A DNA stretch of 64,000 nt from Octopus vulgaris (Eukaryota), in assembly GCA_951406725.2 (NCBI GenBank), contig OX597816.1, positions 58,156,001-58,220,000 of the forward strand, in the 5' to 3' direction. This document shows, piece after piece, positions 1 through 13,171 of this stretch. Both the position numbers and the translations under genes were made by a program. The notes under the pieces were generated by a model. The model was not told the DNA's origin and made no database searches. It saw nothing but the letters and a program-made list of their open reading frames with translations. Numbering within the stretch: the first letter of the stretch is position 1; each line of letters opens with the position of its first letter.

Positions 1-180
1 AGTTGATGTTGAAATTCCAATGAAGGAGCCTTGGATTTAGGTTAAAAACCGGCTCTTTCTCTACTGGCAAGAAATCTTGAAATAAACTGAATGATGACGG
101 ACATACATGTATACGTATATACATATATATATATGTGTGTTTGCGTGTGTGTGTGTGTGAGAGAGAGAGAGTGTGTGTGA

Positions 181-239
<59 letters not shown>

Positions 240-282
240 CGTGTAATGTACGGAATGGAAAAGATAAATAAAGACGAAATAT

Positions 283-630
283 CCTCAAATCCTTAAAAAT
301 GTTTCAGCCCGAAGGCTGCGGCCATGCTGGGGAACCACCGTTGAATGAGCTACACTAGTATGTGAACCCACCTCTGATACGTGTCACTTGATCGACTAGG
401 GAGTTCGATGCCGCTGCCCGCATCTGTGTCTCCTGCCGAGAGGTATGTTCATCTGGGACCCTCGACAAGAAGAGATCCAGTTTAGTTTTAAAGAAACCCA
501 CATCCACACCATGCAAGTCTCTCATGCATTTAGGGAGGATGTTGAAGAGCTGCGGTCCTCTGAAACCCAAGCTGTTGCAGTATCTGGTCCTGTATTTTGA
601 TGCTGATGTTGGAATCTTTAGCACCATGCA
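283..630 (-). mobile_element. CR1/L2-group LINE, 5'-truncated 3' end (ORF2 C-terminus plus 3' UTR)
   Basis: ORF 355..627 reads ...SLGFRGPQLFNILPKCMRDL...FFKTKLDLFLSRVPD...AAASNSLVDQ, the typical CR1/L2-group ORF2 C-terminus. It is followed by a short 3' UTR with a CAGCC-TTCG-GGCTG stem-loop. Confidence 0.8.
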
Positions 631-1097
631 ATGGCGCCCCGATTAATATTTTTATTAAATGTTTAATATTTTACTTATACTCGACGATGTAAAAAACTTG
701 AACGTTAGCTAAATGAGTTTTATGAGTGTTACAAGTTATGTAACAAACAATGTTTAGCTATGAAACATATGTAGTTTCTATTTCCATTTCCCATCTCTTA
801 TATTCTTGCATTTTTATTCACATGTTAAGCAATTTTAGTTGCTAAACCGAGAGTTATGCAGTGACTGTCAGCAGATTGAAATTTCCATTGATTTCGGTAT
901 GGAACAAAGTGTATAACGATGCTTATTAAACTTTATCATATATTGGCCTCCATTTGTCCTCTCTACTTCCAGTGTACAGACGTGAAGCTTACTCATTTCC
1001 AACACCTGGAACCCTGGATCGCACTTACACACACACACACACACACACCATAATTGTACTACTTCATCTCCTGCGCTTTAACTGTTTTTTGCGCCGT

Positions 1098-1098
1098 G

Positions 1099-1177
<79 letters not shown>

Positions 1178-1212
1178 TTGTCTATCTATATGTCTATCTA
1201 TATGTCTATCTA

Positions 1213-1252
<40 letters not shown>

Positions 1253-1391
1253 CATATATATGTACACACACGCGCGCGCACACACACACATATGCATATA
1301 CACAAGTATGTACTTGGGTGTTTATATAGTACTAAAATCTACTACTACTAAAAATAATAACAATCATAGCAACAACAACAACAACAACAAC

Positions 1392-1452
<61 letters not shown>
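1098..1452. repeat. Compound microsatellite (ATCT)n/(TA)n/(CA)n/(AAC)n/(AAT)n
   Basis: Directly visible; explains ORFs 954..1487 and 1054..1329. Confidence 0.95.
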
Positions 1453-1455
<3 letters not shown>

Positions 1456-1939
1456 TGCCCGTCATCTTCACCTATTCTCATGAATAAATGGAGTTTAACA
1501 ATAAAACCAGATAGCTTTAATGACGTAGACAGGAGTTCAGATGAAAACGTCACTTCCGGCAGGTGTGCAATGTTAGAGCAAGTAGTACCCGGATGTCGTC
1601 TAACAATTTTGCTAGAAGAAGGATTTATGGTAAACGGAGATGAAGTAAAGGAGCAATATATGTAGTATTGATGGAATGCTGGTTGAGAGCTAGGAATGAA
1701 GAAGGTAAGGGACGTTGTGTGGGTGGGTGGGGGTGATTGTTCACTAAGTGGAAAAGCACAGATATGCTTGAGTTGGCAGAAAAATAAGTTAATGAACCAA
1801 GCATGTATGATCACAGAAGAGGTTGGCTAATATCAGGTGGGTGGTAAGGACGTTTAGGAAGAGCTGAACGGCAGGAGGTCCACATCATGCAAGTCTTTCA
1901 TTATTATTATTTTTTTTTTGTTTTGTTTTCTTTCTACTC

Positions 1940-2220
1940 AAGGCACAAGGCTCGAAATTTTGGGGGACGGGGGCCAGTTGAAAGGATGAAAGGCAAAGTC
2001 GACCTCGGCGGAATTTGAACTCAGAACATAAAGACAGACGAAATACCTATTTCTTTACAACCCACAAGAGGCTAAAGACAGAGAGGACAAACAAGGACAG
2101 ACAAACGGATTAAGTCCATTATATTGACCCCAGTGCGTAACTGGTACTTATTTAATCGACCCCGAAAGGATGAAAGGCAAAGTCGACCTCGGCGGAATTT
2201 GAACTCAGAACGTAACGGGT
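1940..2220 (-). mobile_element. SINE family B fragments (tandem, reverse)
   Basis: Two reverse copies of AAAGGATGAAAGGCAAAGTCGACCTCGGCGGAATTTGAACTCAGAAC; same family as 10912, 13172, 31145 and 33847. Confidence 0.85.
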
Positions 2221-2694
2221 CGATGTAATCCTTCCCCCAAATTCGAGGTGTTGTACTTCCAGGGGAAAGAATTATTTTAACACTTTGCCTGTCTAGAGCA
2301 TTCTCATAAGTTCTCCCTAAACGTCCATGTTTGTTTTCAGACTTTTAGTCAGCCGTTATTTTCTATTTTCTGAGTGATATGAAGTTTTCCTTTAATAAAT
2401 TCCAAGTTACTCTGGTAGTTGGAAAAACTTGGGAACGTGTATCCTATGCGATGCATGGACGCCACGGAAATATGTTCGGTGAGTAATCAGGTGTGTGGTT
2501 CATACGACAAGCAAGGTTGTACGTCCTTACACTCTGAGAGGGTTCAGCCACATCCAGGCCATGACTCCTGTATACTCCTCTGCTTCCACATTCTGTTTGC
2601 ATTCCAGCTTGCATTTTCCTGAGTGGTGAGGGTACCCTAGGGACAAAGTACCTTGATATCGTAAACACTTCGATCTGAGACACAAGCTGAATTC

Positions 2695-3092
2695 TTATTA
2701 TTTTATTCTTTTATTTGTTCCAGTCGTTTGACCGCGGCCATACTGGAGCACCGCCTTTAGTCGAACAAATCGACCCCAGGAACTATTTTTTGTAAGCCTA
2801 CTACTTATTGTATCGATGTCTTTTGCCGAACCGCTAGTTGACCGGGACGTAAACACACCAACATCGGTTGTCAAGCGATGGGAAGCGGTACAAACACAGA
2901 CGCAAAAGTACATATATACATATGTATATTCGACGAGCTTCTTTCAGTTTCCGTCTACCAAATCCACTCACAAGGCTTTGGTCGGTCCGAGGCTATAGTA
3001 GAAGACACTTGTCCAAGGTGCTATGCAGTGGGATTGAACCCGGAACCATGTAGTTGAGAAGTAAGCTTCTTACCACACAGTACTCCTGCGCC
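2695..3092 (-). mobile_element. tRNA-derived SINE family A, near full length
   Basis: Reverse complement of the 47550-47978 copy: tRNA-like head, GCACCTTGGGCAAGTGTCTTC body, internal TA/CA tract, CAGCATGGCCGC...GAC tail. Confidence 0.9.
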
Positions 3093-3094
3093 TG

Positions 3095-3298
<204 letters not shown>

Positions 3299-3860
3299 AC
3301 GGGAAGCTTTATGAAAATAGACAAAAGACGAAGGCAGGTTTACGGAAATAAACAATATATATATATATATATCGCTTTTGGATTTGGTTTACAAGGTTCT
3401 TTATGTAATTTCGTGTGTTGAAGTATATTCTATTGTGTCTGGGGAGAGTCATTCTCTTTTAGTGCCTTCTAATTTAACACACTCACCGGTAAAATTTACA
3501 CTTATTTCTTTTTTGTTGTTCTAAAATTTTCTATGCGTCTTGTAACTTTTTCAACTTTTTGAAAGTCAAAACTGTAGAAAAGATTGGAAGACGCAACGAA
3601 AATTTTACCGGTGTGTTAAATTATAAGGCACCAAAAGAGAATGACTCTCCTCAGACACAATAGTATGTGTATATATATATAATGTTGGCAAATGAAATAG
3701 AGATAAGAATGTGCATTGTCCGTTTGATTGGAAAATTCTATAAGTGGCTGAAGATTGCTCGACATTTTAAAACTGATGTAATACTTACAGTGTTTAATAA
3801 AATGAAGTAGCATGAAACAATTGTACTACTCTACCTCGGATATACTTGTTGCTTATTTTG

Positions 3861-3922
<62 letters not shown>

Positions 3923-4524
3923 TGGGACAAAAACGCAATAGAGGTGAATAAGGCACTTAAAGGTAAGGCTTAAATAGGAGCAAGACAGCTCTAAAATCTG
4001 TATGAAGGGATAAAAGAAAGTAACAATTTCGTGCTTTCACTTAAGAGATAAATTAGTTACATTGGAGAGAAAGATGACATATATCTACTGCCTGGTGACT
4101 GAAGTATTCCGAAATTGGGGCGAGGTGTAGATTATCCCACCACAACGGCGGTTATATTACTTGACTCAACATGCATAAATATAAAGGGATTACTGCACCT
4201 GTTGCAGATTTAATCGACGGATTTGTTCCAATAATCCACACTGCTCTATTTTCCTTTGATTTCGCCTTCATTTGATTGATTACTAAAACATCTGGTAACT
4301 CTCTCTTTCAGTCGACTTTCACTTTATGTTCTTGGTATTTTAAAATGGGCTGTCATACCTACATACTTGCATGCATACATACATACATACATACATACAT
4401 ACATACATACATACATACATACATACATACATACATACATAATTACAGACATGCACAGATTCATACTTACATACATACATATACATATGTATATACATAC
4501 GTATATACATACATACATACATAC

Positions 4525-4838
4525 ATCACGTGATCACGTGATCGACCAGGCTACTTGGCTATGTTGTTACACATCGCTGGTCACAATGCGCTTCGCATTG
4601 TTTTAGCCTTCAAATGACGCCACCCCGCTGGCTAAGCGAGCAGGCCAAGAGAAGAAAGAGTGAAAGAAAGTTGTGACGAAAGAGTACAGCAGAGATCACC
4701 ACCACCCCCTGCCGGAGCCTTGTGGAGCTTTAGATGTTTTCGCTCAATAAACACTCACAACGCCCGGTCTGGGAATCGAAACCGCGATCCTACGACCGCG
4801 AGTCCGCTGCCCTAACAACTGGGCCATTGCGCCTCCAC
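4525..4838 (-). mobile_element. tRNA-derived SINE family D
   Basis: The minus strand starts GTGGAGGCGCAATGGCCCAGT...GGTTTCGATTCCC (A/B-box-like). Related pieces lie at 7130-7290, 38515-38633 and 56080-56380. Confidence 0.75.
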
Positions 4839-4878
4839 ACATACATACATACATACATACATACATACAAACATAACT

Positions 4879-4940
<62 letters not shown>

Positions 4941-5215
4941 AATATATATATGGAGTTAAACGCAGGTGTTATTCCAATCTTTTTACTTCCGACATATGTT
5001 TCGAAGAAAACATTGGTATTCTTTCAGAGGGAATAAAATGATGGTACTTGTGTGAATTTTTACTACCCTGGTAACTATTTATTTATTTTTTCCGTGTTAT
5101 TTGTAAACATTGAAAAATACACACATTTATATATATATATAATTATTTTTATTTCTTCATTAATATTAGCGCTTTCGTCCGTGTGTGTGTGTATTTATGT
5201 ATGTATGTCTGTATG

Positions 5216-5249
<34 letters not shown>

Positions 5250-5641
5250 TGTATGTATGTATGTATGTATGTATGTATGTATGTATGTATGTATATCCAA
5301 CCATATTGTTCCAGGTTCAGTCCCACTGCGTAGTACCTTGGTCAAGTGCCTTCTGCTATAGCATCGTGAGTGGATAGTGTAGACTGAAACTGAAAGAAGC
5401 CCGTTGTATATACATGTGTGTGTGTATGTGTGAGTGCATCTTTGTGTCTGTGTTTAACCGCCACCATCACTTTACAACATATATTAGTGTGTTTATGTCC
5501 CCGTAACTTAGCAGTTCGGCAAAAGAGACCGATAGAATAAAAATAAGTCTCAAGGTCGATTTCATCGACTAAAACCCTTTAAGGCGTGCTCCAGCATGGT
5601 CGCTGTCAAATGATTGAAACGAGTAAAAGAATAAAAGAATG

Positions 5642-5702
<61 letters not shown>

Positions 5703-6304
5703 CATAGATACACACATACACACACAGAAACAGATACATATATATGTGCATGCATGTATGTGTGTGTTCTTGACCCTCAGACAGAAGATAAACTGTTTTT
5801 ACTTCAAATTCTTATAAATTTTTACTGATATTTGAAAAGATGAGATTCATCCTCGAAACTGGTGATATTTTCTTTATATAATTTTTTAATTCATTTTAAT
5901 TAAATTCCCTTTTAAATTGAAATGTCTTTGACTTACTTCTGTGCTATTTACACCTCCATCTTTTATATATAAAAATTTGATTTGTATAGATCTATAATCT
6001 TTTTTCAGCTATGTGTGTGTATGTGTGTATGTATAATATAAATAATATATATATATGCATATATACACACACATGTACATATCTACATATCTATATGTAG
6101 ATTTTTAACCCCAAGAGAACATCTCCGCTAGCCAGTTAACGACGAAGATGAAATTTCTTTTGAACAAGTTGTCGTTAGAACAGCAGAAAAAAAAACCATT
6201 ATCTTATTTATATCGTTCAATACACATTTCGACACTTCTAATAAAAACAAATATTTGTTTGTTTACATTTATACACACATAGTTATTATATATACATACA
6301 TGTG

Positions 6305-6357
<53 letters not shown>

Positions 6358-8024
6358 GAAAAATATTGCTTTTCAATTTCTCATTCGTCTCCCTGGTTAG
6401 CGATTAACCAAAATACTTGACAGAATTTATCTATAGTCGATGTAATTTCAGACCCTACCAGTATTGATGCTGAGGCCAAGCCCCAATCCGATATTGAACC
6501 TGTAATCGATATGGTCTATCGTTTCTATTCTAGTCAGAAAAAAATTGTATTTCTAAAGTAGCAGTAAATAGCCATAGTTTCTCCAGACATTAGTGATGTC
6601 ATTAAAAGAGAATGGTAAAGCAGTGAGCTAGTAGAATCGCTTGCTGGGCAAAATGCTTAGAGGTATTTCGTCTGTCTTCTTTATGTTCTGAGTTCAAATT
6701 CTGCCGAGGTCGACTGTGCCTTTTATCCCTTTCGGGGTCGACAAAATATGTACTAGTTGAGTACTGGGTTCGATGTTATCGGTTTATCTCCCCCTTCGTA
6801 ATTGCTGGTCTTCTGCCAAAACAATAGAATTGCTTCAATTGGGAATCGAAACCTGGCCGTGGTCTTTACTCATTTTACTCGTCACCACTTCAGTAAAACT
6901 ATTAATAAATATTCTGTTGCTATTGTTTGATTGTTTGTTGAGCGAAGCGGTCTTCGTCCCAGAGTTCTGAAGTTCGCGCCTCTGTAGTGGGAGAAGTCCG
7001 AAACGTGGTCCTTTGCTATTCGTAAAACCCACAGAAGAGAAAGCAGGTCAACCACCGACCCCGAGAGCATCGACGGATGGATGAATGCGCATCCAGGCTC
7101 AGCGGTTGCGTAGGAAGTCGGGGACAAGAAACAGGAAAAAAGAGTGAGAGAAAGTTGGAGCGAAAGAGTACAACAGGGGTCGCCACCACCCCTGCTGGAG
7201 CTTCGTGGGGCTTTAGGTGTTTTCGCTCAATAAACACACACAACGTCCGGCCTGGGAATCGAAACCGCGATCCTCCGACCGCCTCCACGTTGTTGCTTGT
7301 TCAGATTCAGGGAACATTTGATTAAATTCTTTCCAGCCGTGACCATTCTGTCTTTTTTATGTATCACCCAATGTGTTCTTTTAAGACAGTAGATTGTGAT
7401 GAGAGATTTGGGGGTCCTATTTCGTATGAGTTAAGCAAGAAATAGGAGCCAAGCAGTTCTGTAATCGCAAAGCTCCAGCTGTGACCATCCCGTCTTATAT
7501 TCTTACTATGCACATTCACAACTTACATTAACCAACGTGTCCTTCCTTTTTTTTAATAATAGTAACATATGGTTTGTGTAGAAATGTACCTGTTATTTCT
7601 AGTCGTTCGGGGTTATCGTCCACGCAGAGGTTTGTTGTTTAGTCTGACACGATATAAACGATGGAGTATGGTGGAGTGAACTTGGATACGATTAAGTATT
7701 TAACAGCTCCTCCTCCTCCACTGCTCTCATTCTCTATTTGTAGTCGGCAGGTCGTCAACGAGTGGAGAGCATAAAGCTTAATAATATCGTTGATAGCAAA
7801 GAAGTAATAAATTCAACGTTAATTCATAAAAATGACGCTGTTATAAACCCTGACCAAAGAGGCCTCGTTGAGTACTTCTTACCATGGCGTGTTTACCCAG
7901 AGAGAAGAGGAGAGCGGGGTGGTTGATTTATGAGAGACATTTCTAACGAGGTTTTCTCGAAGTAAGGAGTATTAAGTGGAGAATCAAAGTTGTAAAGTAG
8001 ATATATATACCAAGTATATTATTA

Positions 8025-8480
8025 TCATTGAGTGAGAGAGCAGCGCATGCCATCAAAGTGACATACGAAGCCTAGTATACCCATCATGACTACCCGTCTG
8101 ATAAGGGTACACCAGGCACATGCATCACAACCATATGTGTGCGACATGGTGACCTTATCTCAAAATAAACAGCGCATGACCTTGCAGGTGGGGCCCAGTT
8201 CGAATTTTCTTTAGGTCGAATAGCCCATCTCGCTCAAAATGTCCCTGAATAAGGTTTGTTTAAGGATGTTGAATGAAATACCCATGTTTCCAAAGGTGAA
8301 TTATTCAAACCCTAAAGAACTGAGCCCAACATATGGCTATGATTCTCTCCCACTACTTCTGCTCGTGGTCAGAGATTCACATATCGTCAGCCACTAAGGG
8401 ACATGACCAACTGGTTAAGGTCAAACAACTGACAAGCAAATCTGTGCCAATATTGAGCAGAATATGTATGTAGCCCATAA
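8025..8480 (-). mobile_element. Unclassified retroposon-like repeat with an (AAT)n-type 3' tail
   Basis: On the minus strand it ends GCATGCGCTGCTCTCTCACTCAATGATAATAAT and carries an internal duplicate of CATGCGCTG. Single copy here, family not assigned. Confidence 0.3.
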
Positions 8481-8534
8481 TTTTTATACCACAACAAAAT
8501 ATAACACATTCAATCAGTTAAGATCTCCGGGCGT

Positions 8535-8643
8535 TTCTTCTTCTTCTTCTTCTTCTTCTTCTTCTTCTTCTTCTTCTTCTTCTTCTTCTTCTTCTTCTTC
8601 TTCTTCTTCTTCTTCTTCTTCTTCTTCTTCTTCTTCTTCCTTC
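8535..8643. repeat. (TTC)n microsatellite at the 3' end of an R4/Dong fragment
   Basis: Directly visible. Confidence 0.95.
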
Positions 8644-9278
8644 TATTCAGTAGTTTTATTTTTATCACGTGCTTTCACTTCACTACCAAGTACAGCTCTG
8701 TGTACCTTGGGTATATGCTGTGGTTTGCTGTGATGCTCTTATGGTATTGAAAGTGTTTCACGTAGGATGTGTGTGGTACCTAGTAGTGCTATTTTCTGTA
8801 TTTATATATACTTGTTAGTTCTGGTGTTTTCGTTATGTATTTGTCTGAATATATTTTTATATCATACCTAGTGCACCTACTATGATAGGAATTGTTTCTG
8901 TTTTTAGATTCCACATTCGAGTTGCCTCTATTTCCAGGTCTTTGTATTTTGAACGTTTCTCCATTTCTCCATCTGTTGGTATTGATACATAAATTAGAAA
9001 GCATTTTTCTTTCTTCATGATCTCTGACAACTATATCTGGCCTATTGGCCTTAATTTCTATATCTGTGTGTATTGGCATATCACATAGTATGGTTGCTTT
9101 CTCGTTTTCTGTGACCTTTTCTGGCATGTGCTTATACCATCTTTTTTCTGTTGTTATTCCATAGTGTTGGCATAACTTTCAGTGTATATAGGTCTGTCGT
9201 GTCTGTGAATATATTCCTTCTTAGCCAGGACTGACAGAGGAGTAATGACTCCGGCACATTTTTACCTACACTGTGTTA
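8644..9278 (-). mobile_element. R4/Dong-clade (RLE) non-LTR retrotransposon, 3' fragment, frameshifted
   Basis: Minus strand gives KLCQHYGITTEKRWYKHMPEKVTENEKATILCDMPIHTDIEIKANRPDIVVRD (zinc-knuckle remnant plus PD-type restriction-like endonuclease) and ends QKIALLGTTHILRETLSI*, followed by a 3' UTR. Confidence 0.88.
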
Positions 9279-9284
9279 CGAAGT

Positions 9285-9599
<315 letters not shown>

Positions 9600-9600
<1 letters not shown>

Positions 9601-11640
9601 CTGAAATGGTAATCGGATAACAAAGATCCCAAACTGGAAATGCCTAGGCCTCGGATGGGGTACAAGGATATTGATTAAAAAGTTTCCCAGCACTACACAG
9701 AAGAATAGTCACGCAAATGGATAAAATGGTCAACAACAACGGGGTGCAAATCCCAAAGAGGCTAATCACAGGTAAAACAATTCTTTGCCAAAAGGATCCC
9801 AGCAAAGGTAATGCAGTGGATAATTCCGGGCCTATCACCTACCTGCCCTTGATGTGGAGGCTGATGACAGGAATAATATATAATTATGTTTATAACTTCC
9901 TGGAAACGAATGACAAACTACCACTGCAACAGAAAGGGTGCAGAACGAAAAGCCGAGGGGTAAAAGACCAACTTCTGATAGATAAAATGGTACTGAATGA
10001 CTGTAAGAAAAGACTTACTAACCTGAGCATGGCGTGGATCGATTATAAGAAAGCGTATGACATGGTCTCCCGTCCCTGGATTTTAGAAAGTCTTGAGCTG
10101 GTACAGATGTCTGATAACATATCAAATTTTATTAGAGGATCAAGGAAAAGCTGGAGTACAGAGTTAACTTCATGTGGAAAAGTTTGGGAGAGGGTTAACA
10201 TCAAGAGAGGCATACTTCAAGGAGATAAACATTCACCAATGCTGTTTGTGATTTGTATGACACCCCTCATACAGATACTACGGAAAGTGACAACGGGGTA
10301 CACCTTGAAAAGTGGTGGAAAATTTAATAATCTGTTATATATCGATGACTCAAAGATCTTTGGAAAGATTGAACGTGAAATAAATGGCCTAGTTTCAACA
10401 GTGCAGACATTCAGTAACGATATCGGAATGGAATTTGGGATAAGAAAAAAGGGTGGTATCGTAATAATACAAAGAGGCAAAGTGGTGTCGTCTGACGGCG
10501 TAGAGCAACCCAACGGCGAGAAAATCAAGGATATTGAGACTAATGAATCTGGGAATTTTGGAATATGACAAAATCAAGGAAAGTGAAATGAAGGAAAGCT
10601 TTAGGCGATGGTATCACAGACGAACCAAATTAATTATGGGAAGTACGCTCAGTGGAAATAAACAAGATCAAGGCAATGAACACATGGGTTGTTTCGTTAA
10701 TGCGATACGGTGCAGGTGTTGCAGGTGTTGTTAGCTTGAGGAAATGGACAGGAAAACCAGAAGAGTGAATATAATTAACAAGGAACTTACACCCCAAAAG
10801 CGATACTGACAGACTGCATGTGCTTAGGAACAGGGGAGGAAGATGCCTCATAGGATGAAATAGCTATTTTGTCAATGAGAAGAACAGTCTGGGATGGTAC
10901 TTCAAACAACAAATAAGGCGGCGAGCTGGCAAAGGCGGCGAGCTGGCAGAAACATTAGCACGCCGGGCGAAATGCGTAGCCGTATTTCGTCTGCCGTTAC
11001 GTTCTGAGTTCAAATTCCGCCGAGGTCGACTTTGCCTTTCATGCTTTTGGGGTCGATTAAATAAGTACCAGTTACGCACTAGGGTCGATACAATCGACTT
11101 AATCCGTTTGTCTGTCCTTGTTTGTCCCCTCTGTGTTTAGCCCCTTGTGGGTAGTGAAGAAATAGGTACTTCAAACAACAGAGTGAATCCTTGCTTGCCG
11201 CTGTTAGAATTAACAATGCAATGCCTACCGAAAATGTGATGCACCCATAAACATTTAAGAAAAAAGATGAAGAAGAAAGTATAAGCAATTGGAAAATGAA
11301 ATCACTGCATGGACAATACCTCAGAGAAATCGAAGGAAAAAACAAGGTCAACACTTGGAGATGGCTAAGAAAAAGTGACCTGAAAGGATACACTGAGGCA
11401 TTGTTATGTAGCGTCCAGGAACAAGCTCTCAGAACTAATTACACCGAGTTCCAAATAGATAAGAGCAGTGAATTGCCCTTTTGTAGGATGCGCGCAGCAG
11501 AAACGAAACAATCTCACATATAGTGAGTGAGTGTAGCAAGCTGTCCCAAAAGCACTACAAAAAGGAGGAAAGATAACGTGGCTAAGTTCATCCACTGGAT
11601 GCTATGTGAAAAGTACGGCCTGAACAGAGCACGGAAATAT
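9600..11640 (+). mobile_element. R4/Dong-clade retrotransposon, degenerate RT to zinc-knuckle region, interrupted by a SINE
   Basis: DGVQGY*LK motif at ~9655. ORF 9717..10568 has RT motifs (PITYLPLMWR, QQKGCR, WIDYKKAYD, GILQGDKHSPMLF, LLYIDD). Later frames give LHPKSDTDRL, LHGQYLR, QEQALRTNY, FCRM and HWMLCEKYGL. Several frameshifts. Confidence 0.92.
10912..11164 (+). mobile_element. SINE family B insertion with a 16-bp target-site duplication
   Basis: GGTACTTCAAACAACA occurs at 10896-10911 and 11165-11180, flanking the SINE. The 17-bp head AAGGCGGCGAGCTGGCA is duplicated. Confidence 0.9.
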
Positions 11641-11645
11641 ATATA

Positions 11646-11714
<69 letters not shown>

Positions 11715-11739
11715 TGTATGTATATATATATATATATAT

Positions 11740-11938
11740 AAAGTTAATCCAAACAAGAAAGCACAAAAAAACACAACAACGCGAGACGTGGAACAAATAT
11801 AGTATTATTGGACGCTCAGGAAAGAAGGAGGGTTTAACGTTTCGAGCGGAGCTCTTCGTCGGAAACATAGGAGAAGGAAAGATCCAGAGAAGGGAAGACA
11901 GAGGAAAAAAATCGCCAACGGTACACACATGGTCACGT
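11740..11938 (-). mobile_element. Family F ~200-bp non-autonomous element with a hammerhead-like motif
   Basis: Reverse complement of the 21003 and 23022 copies; motif at 11832-11866; adjacent to (TA)n. Confidence 0.75.
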
Positions 11939-12285
11939 ATTTGTGCGTCTGTGTTTGTCCCCCACCATCGCTTGACGGCCGATATTGGTATGTCTACGTC
12001 CCCGTAACTTAGTGGTTCGACAATAGGTCCCGATGGAATAAGTGATAGGCTTGCAAAGAATAAGTCCTGGGGTCGATTTGTTCGACTAAAAAGGCGGTGC
12101 TCCAATATGACCACAGCCAAATGACTGAAACAAGTAAAAGAGTAAAAGAGAATAAAATTTAGCTGTTTTTTTTTTTGAAACTAGATCAAAGAACCACAAA
12201 CAGCTTACATAAGTGCATAAGTAGCTGCGAACCCGTTCGCTAAACGAGCTGATATTTAAGTTAAACGCGAACATATACCATATGC

Positions 12286-12360
12286 CCACGGGCATATGAC
12301 GTTGTGGTTAAGAGCGCGGGCTACTAACCCCAAGATTCTGAGTTCGATTCCAGGCAGTGA

Positions 12361-12410
<50 letters not shown>

Positions 12411-12543
12411 TATACACACGCTGACACAGAACCAACGCTGAATCCCTTATTCGCAAAATTACCGAATCTGGAACTTAACTATGGTCTGTCTATAGCTCTC
12501 ATTCAGCATTACCTGATACCTCTGGGTCTCAATGACACCATTA

Positions 12544-12614
<71 letters not shown>

Positions 12615-12846
12615 GTATGTATATATATGTATGTATTTGTGCGTCTGTGTTTGTCCCCCCAATAATAATAATAATAATAACAACAACAACAACAACAACA
12701 ATAACATCGAAAAATACCTTATGAGTGATAACCCCGTGTTCGAAGTTTCCCCAGCACACCCGATGAAGGCTGAAGGGTATATCAGCCGAAACGTTGTGTT
12801 AACAACAACCAAGATGAGGACAAATATCCGTCAAATGTAAATAATG
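12286..12846 (+). mobile_element. tRNA(Thr)-like-headed SINE-like element with (AAT)n linker and hammerhead-bearing tail, interrupted by ~250 bp of insertions
   Basis: Head GTGGTTAAGAGCGCGGGCTACTAACCCCAAGATTCTGAGTTCGATTCCAGGC resembles tRNA-Thr(AGT) and has a B-box. (AAT)n lies on both sides of the interruption. The tail at 12706-12846 contains the hammerhead motif. Confidence 0.6.
12756..12799 (+). ncRNA. Minimal type-I hammerhead ribozyme-like motif
   Basis: ACAC-CCGATGA-A-GGCTGA(AGGGTATA)TCAGCC-GAAAC-GTT-GTGT: 4-bp stem I, 6-bp stem II, palindromic stem III, U4C core variant. Confidence 0.6.
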
Positions 12847-13171
12847 TGCGAACATCTACTTCAATACATTCGTCAATCCATCCATGTATTTTGTTTGAAA
12901 GCTGATTAGATTCACGAATATTCTAGAAAACCATAGATGTGGGATGAGGATTTAGTTAGAAATGGTGTAATGGAAAGTTGAAGATTTTCTTTTAGTGGGA
13001 AGCAATAGGTTTTCATTAAGATGATCTGAAAGTGGGGCAGAATATAAATCTCAGGAAACAGGATTTAAATTTATTTATTTATTTATTTATTTATTTATTT
13101 TAGGAAAGGGGTTGCTTGAATTTAGATGCGTCATATAAGATGGTGCAACTTACGAGAACTATACACGTATT

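Noticed and set aside
1453-1705. ORF MCPSSS...EQYM and nearby AAG|GTAAGG donor
   Set aside because: No recognisable domain, and no open frame with an acceptor reaches the donor.
5815-5870. Degenerate hammerhead-like TTTGAAAA...CCTCGAAAC (similar traces near 3570 and 54260)
   Set aside because: Core and stems are too broken to call.
12290-12362. tRNA gene calls for this and other tRNA-like heads
   Set aside because: Cloverleaf pairing is degenerate and each is attached to a SINE body.
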